Shown: positions 23,505 to 36,615 of the stretch, piece by piece
Layout of the letters: each line of letters begins with the position of its first letter
Position numbering within the stretch: the first letter of the stretch is position 1
Source of the DNA: Piedraia hortae CBS 480.64
Taxonomy: Eukaryota
DNA: 64,000 nt
Direction: 5' to 3'
Assembly (NCBI GenBank): GCA_010093745.1
Contig: MU005984.1
Span: 1-64,000, forward strand
Program-made: the position numbers and the translations under genes
The notes under the pieces: generated by a model
What the model was told of the DNA's origin: nothing
Databases searched by the model: none
The model's input: the letters and a program-made list of their open reading frames with translations, nothing else

Positions 23505-25316
23505 CTACTTGTGCTCGTCGAGGGCAATCCTTTGCTTGGCAAACGCAGTCGAGAGCGCACGCTGCTCCGTGCCGTCGCGGTCGAGAACATTGATCCAGTC
23601 GCGCACTTGAATTTTATGGCTCTCCGGACCACGTTCAACCCAATGGCCCCATTTGGGAGCCGAGCTGCGAGCCGCAATTGGTTCGGCCAAGCTAGCAGTG
23701 TGAGCAGCATCCACAGGGCTTTGGACCTCGGAGCTAATGGCCTGTGGCGTGCTCGAATTGGGACGAGAATATTGGTTGCTGTACGAGTCCGCCGACATCC
23801 ACGAGTATTTTAATTTCTTGCCAATGGCCCTTGCAACCGTTCGATTGATAGAATGCGCAGTGCTGCGTTGAGCCTCCTTCTCGCGCCTTTCCAATTCTTT
23901 CTTAGACATTCTGCCGGCGGTTTCAAGAAGTTCATGGACCTGTGATTCCGCCATGGCCCCTTCGGCCTCGGAGGCCTCCTCTTCCGCCTTCCTCTTCCGT
24001 GCTTTGCGCCTCTTGTTGATGCCGGTCTCTAGCTTTTGCTCCTGCTCAGCAAGACGACGCAAAGTGTCAGCCACAGGGCTCTTGAAAGATACCGTTGTGC
24101 GGGGGGTGCCCTCTTCATCCGCACGGCCCTTATCCCACGCTGTGCCCGTAATGCTCTCCTGCACGGTACGTTCGGGGATGCCCTGTGCAGCTCCTACTAC
24201 GGCCGAGAACAGGAACGAAGGCACGCAGCCACGGTCACCGGTGACTCTGGCTCTCACCATTCCATGACAATCGTCAACGCGGGCGCGAAGCCGCTCTTCG
24301 GTAGCGATGCTAAGAAGAGACAACAGCTGCTCAAACTGTTCTCCGCGAGCGACCGTAAGTAAGGGCCGCGACTCGGTTGCGGCGACAATGCCCGTGGAGC
24401 CAGATTTCAACATGGTCGTGAGGTGAGCCGGGGCATCGGAGCGTTGATAGAGCCCGGTCATGTTGACCTCAACGCCCTCAGCCTGGCTGATCTTCATGAG
24501 ACGGTTACGCAGTGCATTGGTGCTGGTAAAAGGATTGTTAAGGTGGTGCTGCAGCCGCTCATTCCGGGCGCGTGATGCAGCATGTTCCTTGTCCTTGATC
24601 GTGGCTACTATCTGCTCCTGAGACATGGGCGCGCCGAACGTGCCCGCCCAGGGACCGCCGGGGCCCGTCGCAGCCGCAAATGAGCTCCCCGGCGCAAGCA
24701 GTGCATGACTGGCCGTCTGCGGGTTAATAGGTTGCGGCTGCTTGTTGAACATCGAGTGAATGTAATTCTCCTCCTCCTTTAGGTTCACGCCACAGCCGTA
24801 CATGCTATCGGTGAGTTCGCTAATGGTATCCTCGCGACCTGGACGAGCAGGCGGTGCCATGTTGCCGTTGTTCGGCCGCGTCTTCAGTTGTCTGTCCGGC
24901 CTTTCTGCGGGACGGTAGCCCGCCGCCATTTGGCTGTGCGGTTGCTGGGCCAGTCGGGCCTGGAGCTCATAGTTCGGAGCCGTTGTGCCGGCCTGAGGCG
25001 CTCTAGCGGGAACTGGTTGGGAACGGGAGTTCTGTGGGAACTGGGAATAGCCGTTGCCGTACATCCCCTGTTGCGACTGCGGCGCTAGGGCAATGCCGGA
25101 CTGCGCTTCGGGTGACAGTCGCTGACGCTTTGCCGGGCGGCCATCCGCGGGGGAGGTGATCCGTTGCGGATACGACGGGGCGTTGGCCGGAGGATAAGGT
25201 GAGACAGTCCGCTGGGCGTACTGCGCTTGGTGCTGCGGATTCTGTTGGGCGTGAGGTGGATATGCCGCTGAAGGGTAGGGATGCTGCTGCGGTGACATGG
25301 AGGGGTTGAACGACAT
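23505..25316 (-). CDS. TAF4: TFIID subunit TAF4
   Basis: Q/P-rich N-terminus, DSMYGCGVNLKEEE, histone-fold LLSIATEERLR, C-terminal IQVRDWINVLDRD. Confidence 0.8.
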   Translation of the reverse strand: MSFNPSMSPQQHPYPSAAYPPHAQQNPQHQAQYAQRTVSPYPPANAPSYPQRITSPADGRPAKRQRLSPEAQSGIALAPQSQQGMYGNGYSQFPQNSRSQPVPARAPQAGTTAPNYELQARLAQQPHSQMAAGYRPAERPDRQLKTRPNNGNMAPPARPGREDTISELTDSMYGCGVNLKEEENYIHSMFNKQPQPINPQTASHALLAPGSSFAAATGPGGPWAGTFGAPMSQEQIVATIKDKEHAASRARNERLQHHLNNPFTSTNALRNRLMKISQAEGVEVNMTGLYQRSDAPAHLTTMLKSGSTGIVAATESRPLLTVARGEQFEQLLSLLSIATEERLRARVDDCHGMVRARVTGDRGCVPSFLFSAVVGAAQGIPERTVQESITGTAWDKGRADEEGTPRTTVSFKSPVADTLRRLAEQEQKLETGINKRRKARKRKAEEEASEAEGAMAESQVHELLETAGRMSKKELERREKEAQRSTAHSINRTVARAIGKKLKYSWMSADSYSNQYSRPNSSTPQAISSEVQSPVDAAHTASLAEPIAARSSAPKWGHWVERGPESHKIQVRDWINVLDRDGTEQRALSTAFAKQRIALDEHK

Positions 25317-25641
25317 GGCGAATTGCCACGCTCAGGTTGTGCAAAACGAATGGTAGTTGGATTGCTCGCGATGCGGTCAGTGTTTGCCGGTGGTACGCGT
25401 CAGTGCGGTGCGGTGGTTGAAGGAAGAAGTCGGTGGGACGCACGGACTGGTTGATGGAGGTGGAGCGGGCCGTGCCGCGTCAACCTCACTGCAGTAGACA
25501 ACGCGGGAACGACACAAAACATCGACAATACAGGGTTTACGCGCTGTAAGAGGTAAGTAGAGGTTGCCGTGGCATCCTTAACCGCTCAAATTTTCCGTCG
25601 TGTCCTGTTTGCCCAACCAACTACGCTTGAATTTCGCCGAC

Positions 25642-28149
25642 ATGGCCACCAAGAGGCCTCGCTCGGCCCTCAACGGCAAGCGTGAGGATGATGACCCCGT
25701 CGATCCCGATGAGGAACTGGAATTCGTTGCCCTTGGCGGAGGTAACGAGGTTGGAAGGTCATGCCACATTCTCAAATACAAAGGCAAGACGGTGATGCTC
25801 GATGCTGGCATACATCCCGCCTACGATGGTCTGCAGTCTCTGCCATTCTACGATGATTACGACCTCAGCGAGATTGACTTGCTGCTAATAACCCAGTAAG
25901 TAGGAATATGTTTGCGGGCTGTCGTAGTCTACATAGCAAGCGTATCCCAGTCATATCCAAATGTCTAACTGTGTGCCAGTTTCCATATGGACCATGCAGC
26001 TTCTCTGCCATTTGTGCTGGCCAAGACCAACTTTGAGGGCCGGGTATATATGACCCACCCGACGAAGGCCATCTATAAGCATCTCATGCAGGACAGTGTC
26101 CGCGTTCAGAACACGCATACGCTCGGCAACGATGCATACGGGGCCCAAATATACAGCGAGCAAGACTTGATTGATACATTGCCTCGGATCCAGACCATTG
26201 GCTTCCATACAACCCACACACACAACGGTATCAAGTTCACGCCGTATCCCGCCGGCCATGTCCTGGGTGCGTGTATGTACCTTATTGAAATTGCCGGCCT
26301 CAACATTTTGTTCACTGGAGATTACTCTCGGGAAAACAACCGACATCTCATCCCCGCTTCGGTGCCTCGAAACGTCAGGGTAGATTTGCTCATTACTGAA
26401 TCGACCTTTGGCATCTCTACACAAAAGCCGCGCGCTGAAAGAGAGGCCAACCTGACCAATGCCGTAACGCGTATTCTCGACCGCGGCGGCCGGGCTCTGT
26501 TACCTGTATTTGCTCTGGGTGGAGCGCAAGAGCTTCTTCTGATATTGGAAGAGTTTTGGTCCAAAAACGATGCTTATCAGCGCTATCCCATTTACTTTGC
26601 TAGTAACCTTGCGCGGAAGTGCATGGTAGTCTATCAGACCTACATTGATGCCATGAACGAGAACATCCGCGCCAAGTTCCAGTCTGGCGCTGGCGGGGTG
26701 GGGCCGTTTGATTTTCGCTTCATTCGAGCCCTGCGGTCTTTGGAACGGTTCGACGATGTTGGTGGCTGCGTCATGCTGGCCTCCCCAGGTATGCTGCAGA
26801 GCGGCGTTTCGCGGTCTCTCCTGGAACGTTGGGCGCCAAACGACAAGAACGGCGTTGTGGTAACAGGATACAGCGTTGAAGGCACTATGGCTCGCACGCT
26901 GGTCCAGTCTGCCCCGGATAATATCCCCGTCGTCATGTCCAACAGGCAAAACGTGGTGTTGGGAAAGCGTGTGGGCGGTGACAAAGCCCCGACCGTATCC
27001 CGAAAATGCAGCATAGAGGAAATCACCTTTGCTGCGCACGTCGACGGGGCGGAGAACTTAGCCTTTATCCAAGAGGTTGCCGCTTCAGTCGTCATTCTCG
27101 TGCACGGCGAACGCCATGCAATGGGCCGTCTGCACTCGCGTCTCCTCAGCACAGGCAAGTTTACAGTCTACTCGCCTCCAAACTGCGAATACATCCGCAT
27201 TCCCTTCCGTCAGGACAAGCTCGCCCGCGTCGTGGGCTCCCTTGCAAACACCGTCCACCCTCTCCCCAGCCCAGCCGACTCCGACGAAGTCGATCCTACC
27301 CCCAAGAAGCCCAAACAAGACATCGACTCCCCTCAAAACCTCGTCAACGGCGTCCTGGTGCAAAACGAATTCAAACTCCAACTAATGTCCCCCGAAGACC
27401 TTAAAGAATTCGCGGGCGTGACTACAACCACAATACTCTGCAAGCAACGCATCACACTAGCCGCAGCGGGGGTAGAGCTCATAAAATGGGCTTTGGAAGG
27501 CGCATTCGGCGAAGTCGGAGTCATCAAACCCGAGGAGTACTCTACCGTCAAATCCGAAGGGACTCCCAATATCAAATCCGAAAACGAAGAAGACGAAAAA
27601 CTAACCCATCTAAGCATCTTGGGCGGCGCCGTTTCGCTTGTACATCACTCCCCAAGCGGCGAGATTGAAGTTGTGTGGGAAGGGAATCTTACGAATGACT
27701 CTATCGCGGACGCGGTTCTGGCCGTACTACTTACGGTGGAGATATCTCCCGCGGCAGTGAAGCAGAGCTCGCAGAGTTGTGGAGGAAGGAATCCTCACGC
27801 GAACTCGCCGACGGATACCAGGCTTGATAGGCTCTTCATGTTTCTCGAGGCGCAGTTTGGGGAGGGTGCTATAGTGCCGATTACGCGGCCGAGGGGTCAG
27901 GCTGTCCAAGAAGGGGAGGCGGATGGAGACAAGGGTGAATCATCTGATGGGGAGGGCGATAAGGAGGAACTGAAGAGGCTGCATAGCCTAGGGATTCCCG
28001 TGCCGGGCGTAGAGATCACGGTTGAGGGAACGAGTGCAAAAGTTTGGCTCGAGGATTTGGAGGTTGAATGTCCCAGTCGGATATTCGCGGAGAGAGTGCG
28101 TGCTGTTGTTGCGAGGGCTGTGAAAACTACAGCGCCCGTGTGGAGGTAG
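25642..28149 (+). CDS. YSH1: Pre-mRNA 3'-end endonuclease Ysh1/CPSF73; intron 25896-25979
   Basis: Motifs GGGNEVGRSC, LDAGIHP, spliced THFHMDH, AGHVLGA, beta-CASP FAAH and LVHGE. Confidence 0.95.
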
Positions 28150-28452
28150 ATATGAGGGATAGGTGTGTAGGGTAAGGTAATTCTGAAGAAATACAGTGTA
28201 CGATAATGGGGTTTTTCTTTCCCCGTCTTGCGTCTCACATTGTGGTTTGTTCAGAATTCAGCAGTTCTTGGTGCCTTCATCTGAGAACCTATCCTCTCAC
28301 CTCAACATCACACAGCCTGGAACATATGAATTTAGTCGTAGAATACCACAAGCTACGTGCTGCTCCTACTCAAGCTAGGCCCTTTGGAACAGACCTGCTT
28401 GCGGTGTTTCGTCGAATCTAAACCGTCTGCTGTACGGTAAAGTCCAGCACCA

Positions 28453-30748
28453 TCATCTCTGCACTGCCTTCTTGTCTAACATTGGGGGCGGCTCAGCCGC
28501 ATCGATAAAGATACCTGTTTTGCGAGCAAAGGTCGCCAGACCAACACTAGAACAAAAGTACGTTGTCAGCTGAATGCCGACGATAAACACGGTGGGGATT
28601 ACTAACTCTCTGCCCAGCTTGACACCCAGGTTCGGGACGTCGCCGACCTTGGTGAAGCCGAATCTCTCCGTCAGCCAGTGTGACATCCATCTAAGCCGGT
28701 CCTCCCTCTCATAAGGTACCTCGGCCACAAGTGTTGACACCTTGCGCATGCGCTCCTCGGTCCCAATCTCCTCGTCTTCAACAACATAGCCGCCCTTTTC
28801 GAGGTACATAGTGTCCAGTAGGCCCAGGAGCTTGTCCATCAGACAGTTGCCAACATTTTTGAGGTAGTACATTCGATTTGTAAATATCTTGAGCTGTACA
28901 GCAAATCGGTACATTCCCCTTGGGTCTGCAAAATCATCAATGACTCCATGACTACTCCCAGACGGAGGGAACTTACCATGGTAGTCCTCAGCGAATGCGA
29001 AGCCGATGATGCGGTCCTGCGTCCAAATCTCTTCTTGGTGCGGTCTCTTCTTGCGTCCGCCACCGATTTTGACACCGCGCTCAACTGCGACTATGAACGG
29101 CAGGTTATTACTTATGGCTGCGTTCATTCGCTTGGTAATGAAGGCCGAGTTGATCCGCTCCGTCTCTGGAACGGCCCATGTGAGATCAATGTAGTAGTTG
29201 TAAATGTCACGCAGCTCCTTCATATCCGCCAGGCGTGCAGGACGGAGATACCTGTGGCTGGTCAGTACAACGATCCTACAGATGGACTGCGAAGACCCAC
29301 ATTTTGAGCTCCATCTTGATCGGATCAGGCGGGCGAGCACCCGTTTTCTCCTGGATTTTCCGCGACTTTTCTGCCGCCCGTCTTCTCCTTTCCCGTGCCG
29401 CCTCAGCTTTGGCTCTTTCGGTGCGCTTCTTGTTCTCAATGGCAAAGTCGCTGCCACGATCATTTTCCCGCGCAAGTCGTTGATTTGGCGTTTCTAACGG
29501 ATCGATGCCTTCTACCGTGGGTGCTTGGGGAATTTTTAGAATTGAAGTTGAGGGATCACGAGATACGTAGTAGTCCCACCAAGGCTTGGCGTCGACTAGG
29601 TCGTCTTGGTCCACCGGGTAGGGGTCTCTGTAAGATATTATCTCCGCCCAGAACGCCTCCAGCGACCGCTGATCAAAAATGTCGTAGATCCAGTAAGATG
29701 GCGCAATGGTGCCGGTCTTGGGATCCAGCAGATCCAGACCGGCTACCTTGCTTTGTTTGCTCACAGCAGCGGTAGCGTCCTTGGCCCATTCGCTGATGTG
29801 ATCGAGCTTGGTAGGGTCAGAAAACGGCGGACGCATATCCCAATCTACCGGTGGGGGCGCCCAGCCTCCGCTCCAATCGGCAAGACCGCTTGCCTCATCG
29901 ACGCGTGGCAGCTGCTTGTTCCATTCTTTATTGGGGTCAACGACATCAGCCTGATTGGTGGGTAAATCCCAACCGGACTCCAAGTTTACAGGCCGGGCCT
30001 CTTGTTGGTCTGGAGAGTTGAGTGTGTCTTTTGGAGGTTGTCGAGGCTGTTCCCATGCGTCTCTTGAGGGTTGGGGTAGGTCCCATGCATCTTGTGATGG
30101 TTTGGGCTGATTCCAAGAATTGAGTGGATCTCTCTGAGGCCGGCCCCTTGAGATGGATGCGTCTTTTCGATGCGGTAGGCGAGGATCATCCGCCCCGCAT
30201 TTGGCCGGTGCATCGTCGGTCTGAGGACATGACGGGGCTGCCCACGTCCATCCCTTGCCATCAGTCTGCACCCATCCACCAGCACTTCTCTGCGGCGCAT
30301 TAGCGGCATTATTGCCCCGGTTATTGGTATTAGTTTGCTGGAGATGCCCGTCCTGATTGCCCATATGTGGTGGTCCGTTTGCCCAACTATTGCTGTTGTT
30401 CTGTCCGTGATTGGGGCCATCTCCGCGGGAATTCGACTGCTTCTGCTGGGGAGCAATGGGTTGGCTCCGGCCGTTGCTGTTGTCCTTTTGCCTGTGAACC
30501 AGAGGCTTGTCCCATACATTGGCTGGCTGTGCAGAGTCAGGTCGTGCTTGTTCCTGATCTCTGACTTGGTCGTGTGGGGTTCCAGCTGCCATCAGGCCCC
30601 CACGTCCGCGCCCACGATTTCTGTCGAAGTTCGCGCGGCCTCGTCCGCGGCCCCTTCCACGACTGCGGCCACGAACTTTGTTAAACGGCGGACGCCCGCC
30701 CCGTTGTCCATAGTTGTCATGGTCCATGTTGGAGTTGTGGTTGTTCAT
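28453..30748 (-). CDS. GNAT-family acetyltransferase-domain protein with long RG/N/Q/W-rich disordered N-terminus; introns 29252-29300, 28926-28976, 28547-28606
   Basis: C-terminal YLRPARLADMKELRDIYNYY, IIGFAFAEDY, GNCLMDKLL and FGFTKVG; GT-AG introns. Start codon is uncertain. Confidence 0.72.
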
Positions 30749-31866
30749 GGCAAAGCCCGCAGACTGACACTGTCGAACCGTCTCGGGTGGGGCATCCGTC
30801 ACTACGAACCCAAACTGTTAAAGTTTAGCGCGCGCACTACTGCTGTTATTTCCGGGGTTTTCCCCATCACCCCGGCCTGTCACGTTTGACAGTTGCATAG
30901 TGTCGCGGCTTTTTGGAGCAACACCTTCACATCACTTTTCCCGTCGTTGTCTCACTGCTTTGTTCGCACCGTCACCAAATGCCTCTGTGGCCCAAGGCCT
31001 GGGGCTATCCCCTGTAGCAGAAGACAAACCTGACCGGCTGTGTTGATGCCCAGTGTTATCAAAAGTGCTTCACAGCTCATTTGACAGTTTTCAAGCCTGC
31101 GGCATGCGAAAAGTCTTTCACGTGATTGATATCGGGGGGTTTCATCGGCTGTAAGGCGGAACGGGCCGAAGCGGGCTGATTCTCTGGGACCCTGAGCCAA
31201 GGAATTTATCTCGGGGAAGCCCAGTTGCTGATGGCAAGAAGTGGCATATTCCTCCTCTCGTTCCGCCCCCTGTATCCTTTCCACTGAGGTCTCTTTGATT
31301 TGTGTTTTTTACAGCACTCGAGAAGGGAGGCTCTCCAGCAGTAGGTTTCTATGAAATGGTACAAGACCCACGCACCATGACCGACCTTGCGCAATGTGTA
31401 GCGGGCCAGTCGAAAGAGAAGTCAAGACTGGCGATAATAACTTTCTGTCAGAGTTCTTGCAATCATGCCAGTTTTTAGGTATTTGATATCTTGACTGAGT
31501 TGACAAACGTATTGCTTGACTCGGAAGTATCAAGATAAATGCGTCTGGCCCATCGCCTAGTCCTTGTACCGTGCAATTCTGAATGTGCCATTACAAAACT
31601 TGACTTTGTATGCGCATGTGTTCGGGAGGTCTAGTATAGTAAAAAGAAAGATCCACGGTTTCACATCAAACAAGCCCCTTTTGTTGCAGCCAATAAGCGC
31701 ACAAGGCGTCTTTTCGCATTATGTAAGATGCGGCCCGCACTGCGCTAGTCGCCGAATGCAGGCAAACACGTCGATTCCGCAATAGCTACTTTGGTAATTG
31801 TCCTAGGGCATTCTTCTCAGCACCTGCAAATCTCGAATTTTGAGACCAATCACCCGGGTTTCGAAC

Positions 31867-32640
31867 ATGCTCTCGATCCTGCGCAAGGCTCGTTTCAAGG
31901 ACAAAGAGATGCGTATATTGATGCTGTCCGCCCCACCTTTGCCATGTCAAGAAACAAAGCTAAAACGTTACGAGAGGCCTGGATAATGCCGGAAAGACTA
32001 CCATTGTCAAGAGAATCATGAAAGAAGATGTCCACAGTGTTAGCCCAACCTTGGGCTTCATCATCAAGACTATTGAATTTGATGGGTATGTATCTGAGCC
32101 CGTGAAGGCAACTATCTGACTGTTGGAAGATACAAACTAAACATCTGTCTGATACTCTTTCCATAGCCGTTCCTACCCAATCTGACTAGCTGGCAGGGGA
32201 TGTAGGTGGCCAAAAGACGCTACGCACGTACTGGAAGAACTACTTTGAGAAGACGGATACATTGATATGGGTAGTTGACGCAACCGACCGAGAGCGGCTT
32301 GGCGACTGCAGACAAGAGCTGGCCGGTTTGCTCCCGCAAGAAGTAAGCCACCCCGTCTTTCCATGTTGAAGGCTGCTGATTGCCAAAGCGTTTGATGGGA
32401 GCATCCCTGCTGGTTATTGCCAACAAAAACGATGTGGCCGGCTGCATGACAGAAGAAGACATTCGTCAGGTAGGCAGTAGAGCTCATCTGACGTGACTAA
32501 CTGGATAGGGGTTGCAGCTTGACAGGATTCACACACACAAGTGGCACATGCTACATTGCTCGGCAATGACGGGTGAGGGTCTGCAAGAAGCTTTGCAATG
32601 GGTTGTCCAGGATGCCAAGGACCGACTCTTTCTCTACTGA
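31867..32640 (+). CDS. ARL2: ADP-ribosylation factor-like GTPase Arl2 (Cin4/Alp41); 6 exons, missed by the ORF track
   Basis: Spliced protein [29 protein letters not shown]...PTLGF...[25 protein letters not shown]...ANKND...CSAMTG...RLFLY*. Introns 31926-31974, 32086-32129, 32147-32196, 32343-32388, 32470-32508. Confidence 0.93.
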
Positions 32641-33037
32641 GTTGACCACCAAACCGGGCAGTGGCCCGGCCTCCACGACGTAACCGGGAAACAGTTCAGG
32701 ATTAGCGTTATGGACCCTGCCGTGCGGGGAGGACGTGTAAATAAACAAAAGCTTAATGCAGGACGTGCAGCGTGCAGCTGTGAAACGAGGCGAGCAGAAG
32801 CCAACAGAAGCGAATCAGAAGCCGTAGCCAGCAGCGATCAGAGGGCAGGATCTAGAGTGGCCGCAGGAGAGCGACCAGCAGACGATCTTCACAGCGATAT
32901 AGATAGACGCCGGTAGTGGGATGGTTAGGGTAGAGGGAGCCGAAACCCCTCCCCTCTGGCTCTGACACGGCATTGGAGTGGCGCACTTTCGTTTTGGTGT
33001 TGCCCAGGCACGCTGTGGGATCCCTGCATCATCCACA

Positions 33038-36000
33038 ATGGTGTTTGTTGACACTCCTGCGCCTCCCGCCTCTCCGGACGACGACCCGTCGGCCTTTTTG
33101 CAATCCATTCGCGAACTCACCGAGAAGCGCGATAGAGAGGATGAGGAGCGGTTCCGCAAGCTTGAAGAGGAAGTAAAGAAATCACGAGAAGAACGCGCTG
33201 CAAGACGAGCGGGTAGGCCACAATGCCGCGACCCGTGGAAATTCATGCTGACTACTCGACAGAGCGAACACGATCTCTCTCGCCTGACAAGCTTGATGAG
33301 CCTCTGCTTCCTCGTCTGCACACTGCTCCTAATCTGACGGGCACACCGCCGCCCCTAAGTCCTGTGTCATTCGCGTCAAACGAGATGGACAATCTCAACC
33401 TACTTCCGGGACCGCCATCCCCTACCAAAGACATTCCCGAATTCAAGGGCTTTGGCTCCAGCTATGCCGCCCCAGCTTCAGACCATGGCTCACGTCCGCA
33501 GAGCGCAAGCAGCTTGGCCAGATCCGGCACTCTATCGTGGCAGCAGCGTCGTCCTGGCTCCAAGGCCGGCAGCAGGCCGACATCAGCACTGGGCTCGGAT
33601 GGCTTTTCTCTTCCGAGAAGTGTTCCAGAAGAATCCGGGCAGCCAAAGAGAGAACAGATTGTGGCTTCCTTGGGCTCACAGGATCCGTCTTGGTTTAGAC
33701 AGACTGCAGACCGCGGGACTGGTTCAGCCGCATATAGGAAAAGTCGGGAAGAGGTCGATGCCAGCCATGTGGTGGAACACAGTAGAAGGGGTCTTCCTGG
33801 TCTGTCGCAGGAGCCGCCGGTTCCCAGCTCTGGTGTATCCCGAAACTGGAAGCCCGAAGAAGCTCCAGCTACGTCGACTGATTCTGATGTCCGTAAGCGA
33901 TCAACCACCACCTCAGGTGCTGCACCAACCAGGCCCGATCTCAAAGCGCTGGTAGCAGCCGACGCTTCACAGCATGAAGCATCACCCTTGTCAGACTTGG
34001 TGTCGGTTTCCAACGCTGGGAACTCTGGCCTAGGCCGTGCACTCACAATGTCATCCTCCCAGGCACGCCTCACGGATTCGCCCAATCGACCCAATTCTCC
34101 CACTAAGGGCATAGGCGGATTTGTTCAGAGTGCGATGATGAAGCGAACAGACAGCGTCAACAAGCGGTGGAGTACACAGCAGCCGCCAAATTTGCATCGT
34201 CACAGCTCTTATCTTGGAGGACGTAGCGGCTACGGCGGACTTCAGGGGTCTCATAGTATGCCGAAGCTTGATCCCGCGTCAGGGAGTGTCAGACTCAGCA
34301 ATCTCCAGCAGTCTGCGAGCCGCGGCAATCTCCCCTCTCTTGCACAAGACGAAACTGGCCATAGCAGTCACCGACCTTCTCTCTCCCAACACTCTCGTTC
34401 GAGATCAGTTGCTCCCCTGTACACATCTACAACTGACGACCATACACTGTCGCCTCCCAGCCCCTCCAAACGCTTCAGTCCCACCAAGTCAAGCTGGGTG
34501 GAGAGTGTGCTTACAAGGCCTGAGCATAAGCCTACCGCATCAATCAACTCCCAGCCCAGCTGGATGGCAAACATTGCAAAGGCCAAAGCTGAGCGAGCCA
34601 GTGGAGAGACGACGCCCCGTGGCGGAACCCCTAGGGCGGTAGAAGTGGAAGCCGTGAGTCCAACTTCTCCCAACAAGCCGAAAGTGGGCTTTGGCCAAGA
34701 CATGTTGAAACGCTCAGAATCGCGAAGCCTACCTCAAAAAGTCGGGACATCGACACCGCCTGTTACCCAGAGTCCTCCGATGAAGCCCCAATCAGCTACA
34801 GACAGTTCCTTTAAGGGGTCTCCAGTTGGCTCAATCAGTTTGAGCAAGGAGCGCGAGCCCAAGTCAGAGGCCGTATCACCGTTTCATACGACTCCCCCCA
34901 AGCCCAAGAGTCCGGAACCGAAGGAAAGCTCATCGCCGACGAGAACAGTGCTGCCAAAGACTGACGTTGCATCGAAGCCCCCTATAGACTTCCGATCTAC
35001 TCTTCGCTCACGCCCACCCCCAGAGGCCAAAACAGGCGAGACTCCTGAGTTCTTGTCCAAATTTGGCAGTCTACGGAAAACGCAGACGGAGAAGTATGTT
35101 GCGCCAGACATCCTCAAGGGTAACATCTTGCGTGGGAAGGCGGAGCTTACAAAAACTGGCGGTCCTGTTAAGACGCCGCGAAGAGATGAACTAAAAGAAT
35201 CTTTACTGGCGAAGAAGGAGGATTGGAGAAAGGCCAAGGAAGAGGGTCGTGAGTTGCCTGGGCAGAGGCATCAGCGCAAAATGAGCAGTGTATCGGTGGC
35301 CCCTACCATACCAGAGGCTTTGGCTAAACGCAACATGCTGGGCCATCCAGAGAGGCCACCCTCATCAACCATGGATCCACACCAGCAGATAGCACCGGAA
35401 GCATTGACGAGATTCAGAAGCCTCAAGGAGAAGAGCAGGGCTGGGCCTGACGTTACCGCCGAGCCTTTGCCACCGAGAAAGCCAGAAATACCTGCCAAGA
35501 CGGAAAAGATTGCCCAGATGCCAATGCCCACCACAGGTGAAGATCAGACGGAATCTACCCGCTCCAGGGACTTTGTTAGGTCCACGGATTCAAAGCCAGT
35601 GGAGTCAAAGGTCCCCCGCGAGCCTGCTGAGATCAAAGATTCCAGCCCCTCTGGGTCATTTGGCCCTGTGGAGGTTAAGAAGCCAGCGGAAGCCACGAAA
35701 GCTGAAACACTCAAACAAGTGTCCAAGCAGAACAGCGCCCCCTCCACTATGGAGAACAAGACCAACACTGCCCCCAGTAAGCTTGCTGCGTTCTTCAATC
35801 CAGGGCTGGCCAATCTTTTGGCTCGTGGACCTCCGGCAGCCGCTCGTGCACCCTCTCCGTCCCCCATGTCTGGGCCATCTACACTACCCCAGGCTGCAAC
35901 TGATCCTCCAATGCCAGAGCCCGATCAGCCTCTTCAAGATGTGCGTAAGGGCAGAGCTAAGGGCCCCAAGAAGCGCAACGCTGGAGGAGCATTGGCTGGT

Positions 36001-36615
36001 GTATCGGCTGCAGAGTCTCCAGCCCCTAAAGAGGATTCATTGGAAGCTTTGAAGCCAGCCACCGAGGAGGCACCCGCAGCAATATCAACTATCCCGTCGG
36101 CAGAAGTCTCCAGGCCTCAAGCTCCTGCTGGATCAGCTGGAGCCATTATGACGGCTTCGCTCAAAGGACCAGCGCCCACTATACCCCGAAAGCAGGTTCC
36201 ATCTCAGGCAAGTCCGACACTGGCTCCTAAGAGTCCCAATTCCTCATCTGCCAAACCGAATCCATATCCGGCCACGTTCAACGAGCAGCACAAGGCGACG
36301 ACACTGGGTGGAGACGACAAGGAAAATGCTGATGACGAGCGTCCTATGGTTAAATCACCCCCAGGCATTCGAGGCCCGCGACCTCTGCCGCCTAGCGCGA
36401 CGAGATCACGGCCACAGTCTTCTAGCTCCAAGGACGACGAGGCTACCACCCGGCCTGCAAGCCAAGCATCGTCAGCACCGGGATTTTGGAGCGGGCTGGG
36501 ACGCCTCGTTGGTAAGACCAACGACTCGCTCTCCACGCCACCTCCCCCGCCCAGGAAGTCTTCACGAGTTGTGAGCGGGCAGCTACAGCAAGACAAGGAG
36601 CGGCAAGGCAAGTAG
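33038..36615 (+). CDS. DUF4045-domain Pro/Ser-rich protein; intron 33213-33262
   Basis: FLQSIRELTEKRDREDEER..ERAARRAER, SGTLSWQQR, DPSWFRQTADRG, SPTKGIGGFVQSAMMKR, YVAPDILKGNILRGK. Confidence 0.8.

Noticed and set aside
31145..31350. SRP RNA (GGCTGTAAGGC resembles the fungal Alu 5' end) or snR30/U17 (ATATTCCT resembles m1)
   Set aside because: No helix-8 AGG-stem-GNRA-GCA motif, and no AAACCAT m2 motif or correctly spaced H/ACA boxes.
32923..32930. Telomere-like or template-like GGTTAGGG (also TTAGGGTT at about 43048)
   Set aside because: Single 8-mers are expected by chance; there is no array or associated structure.
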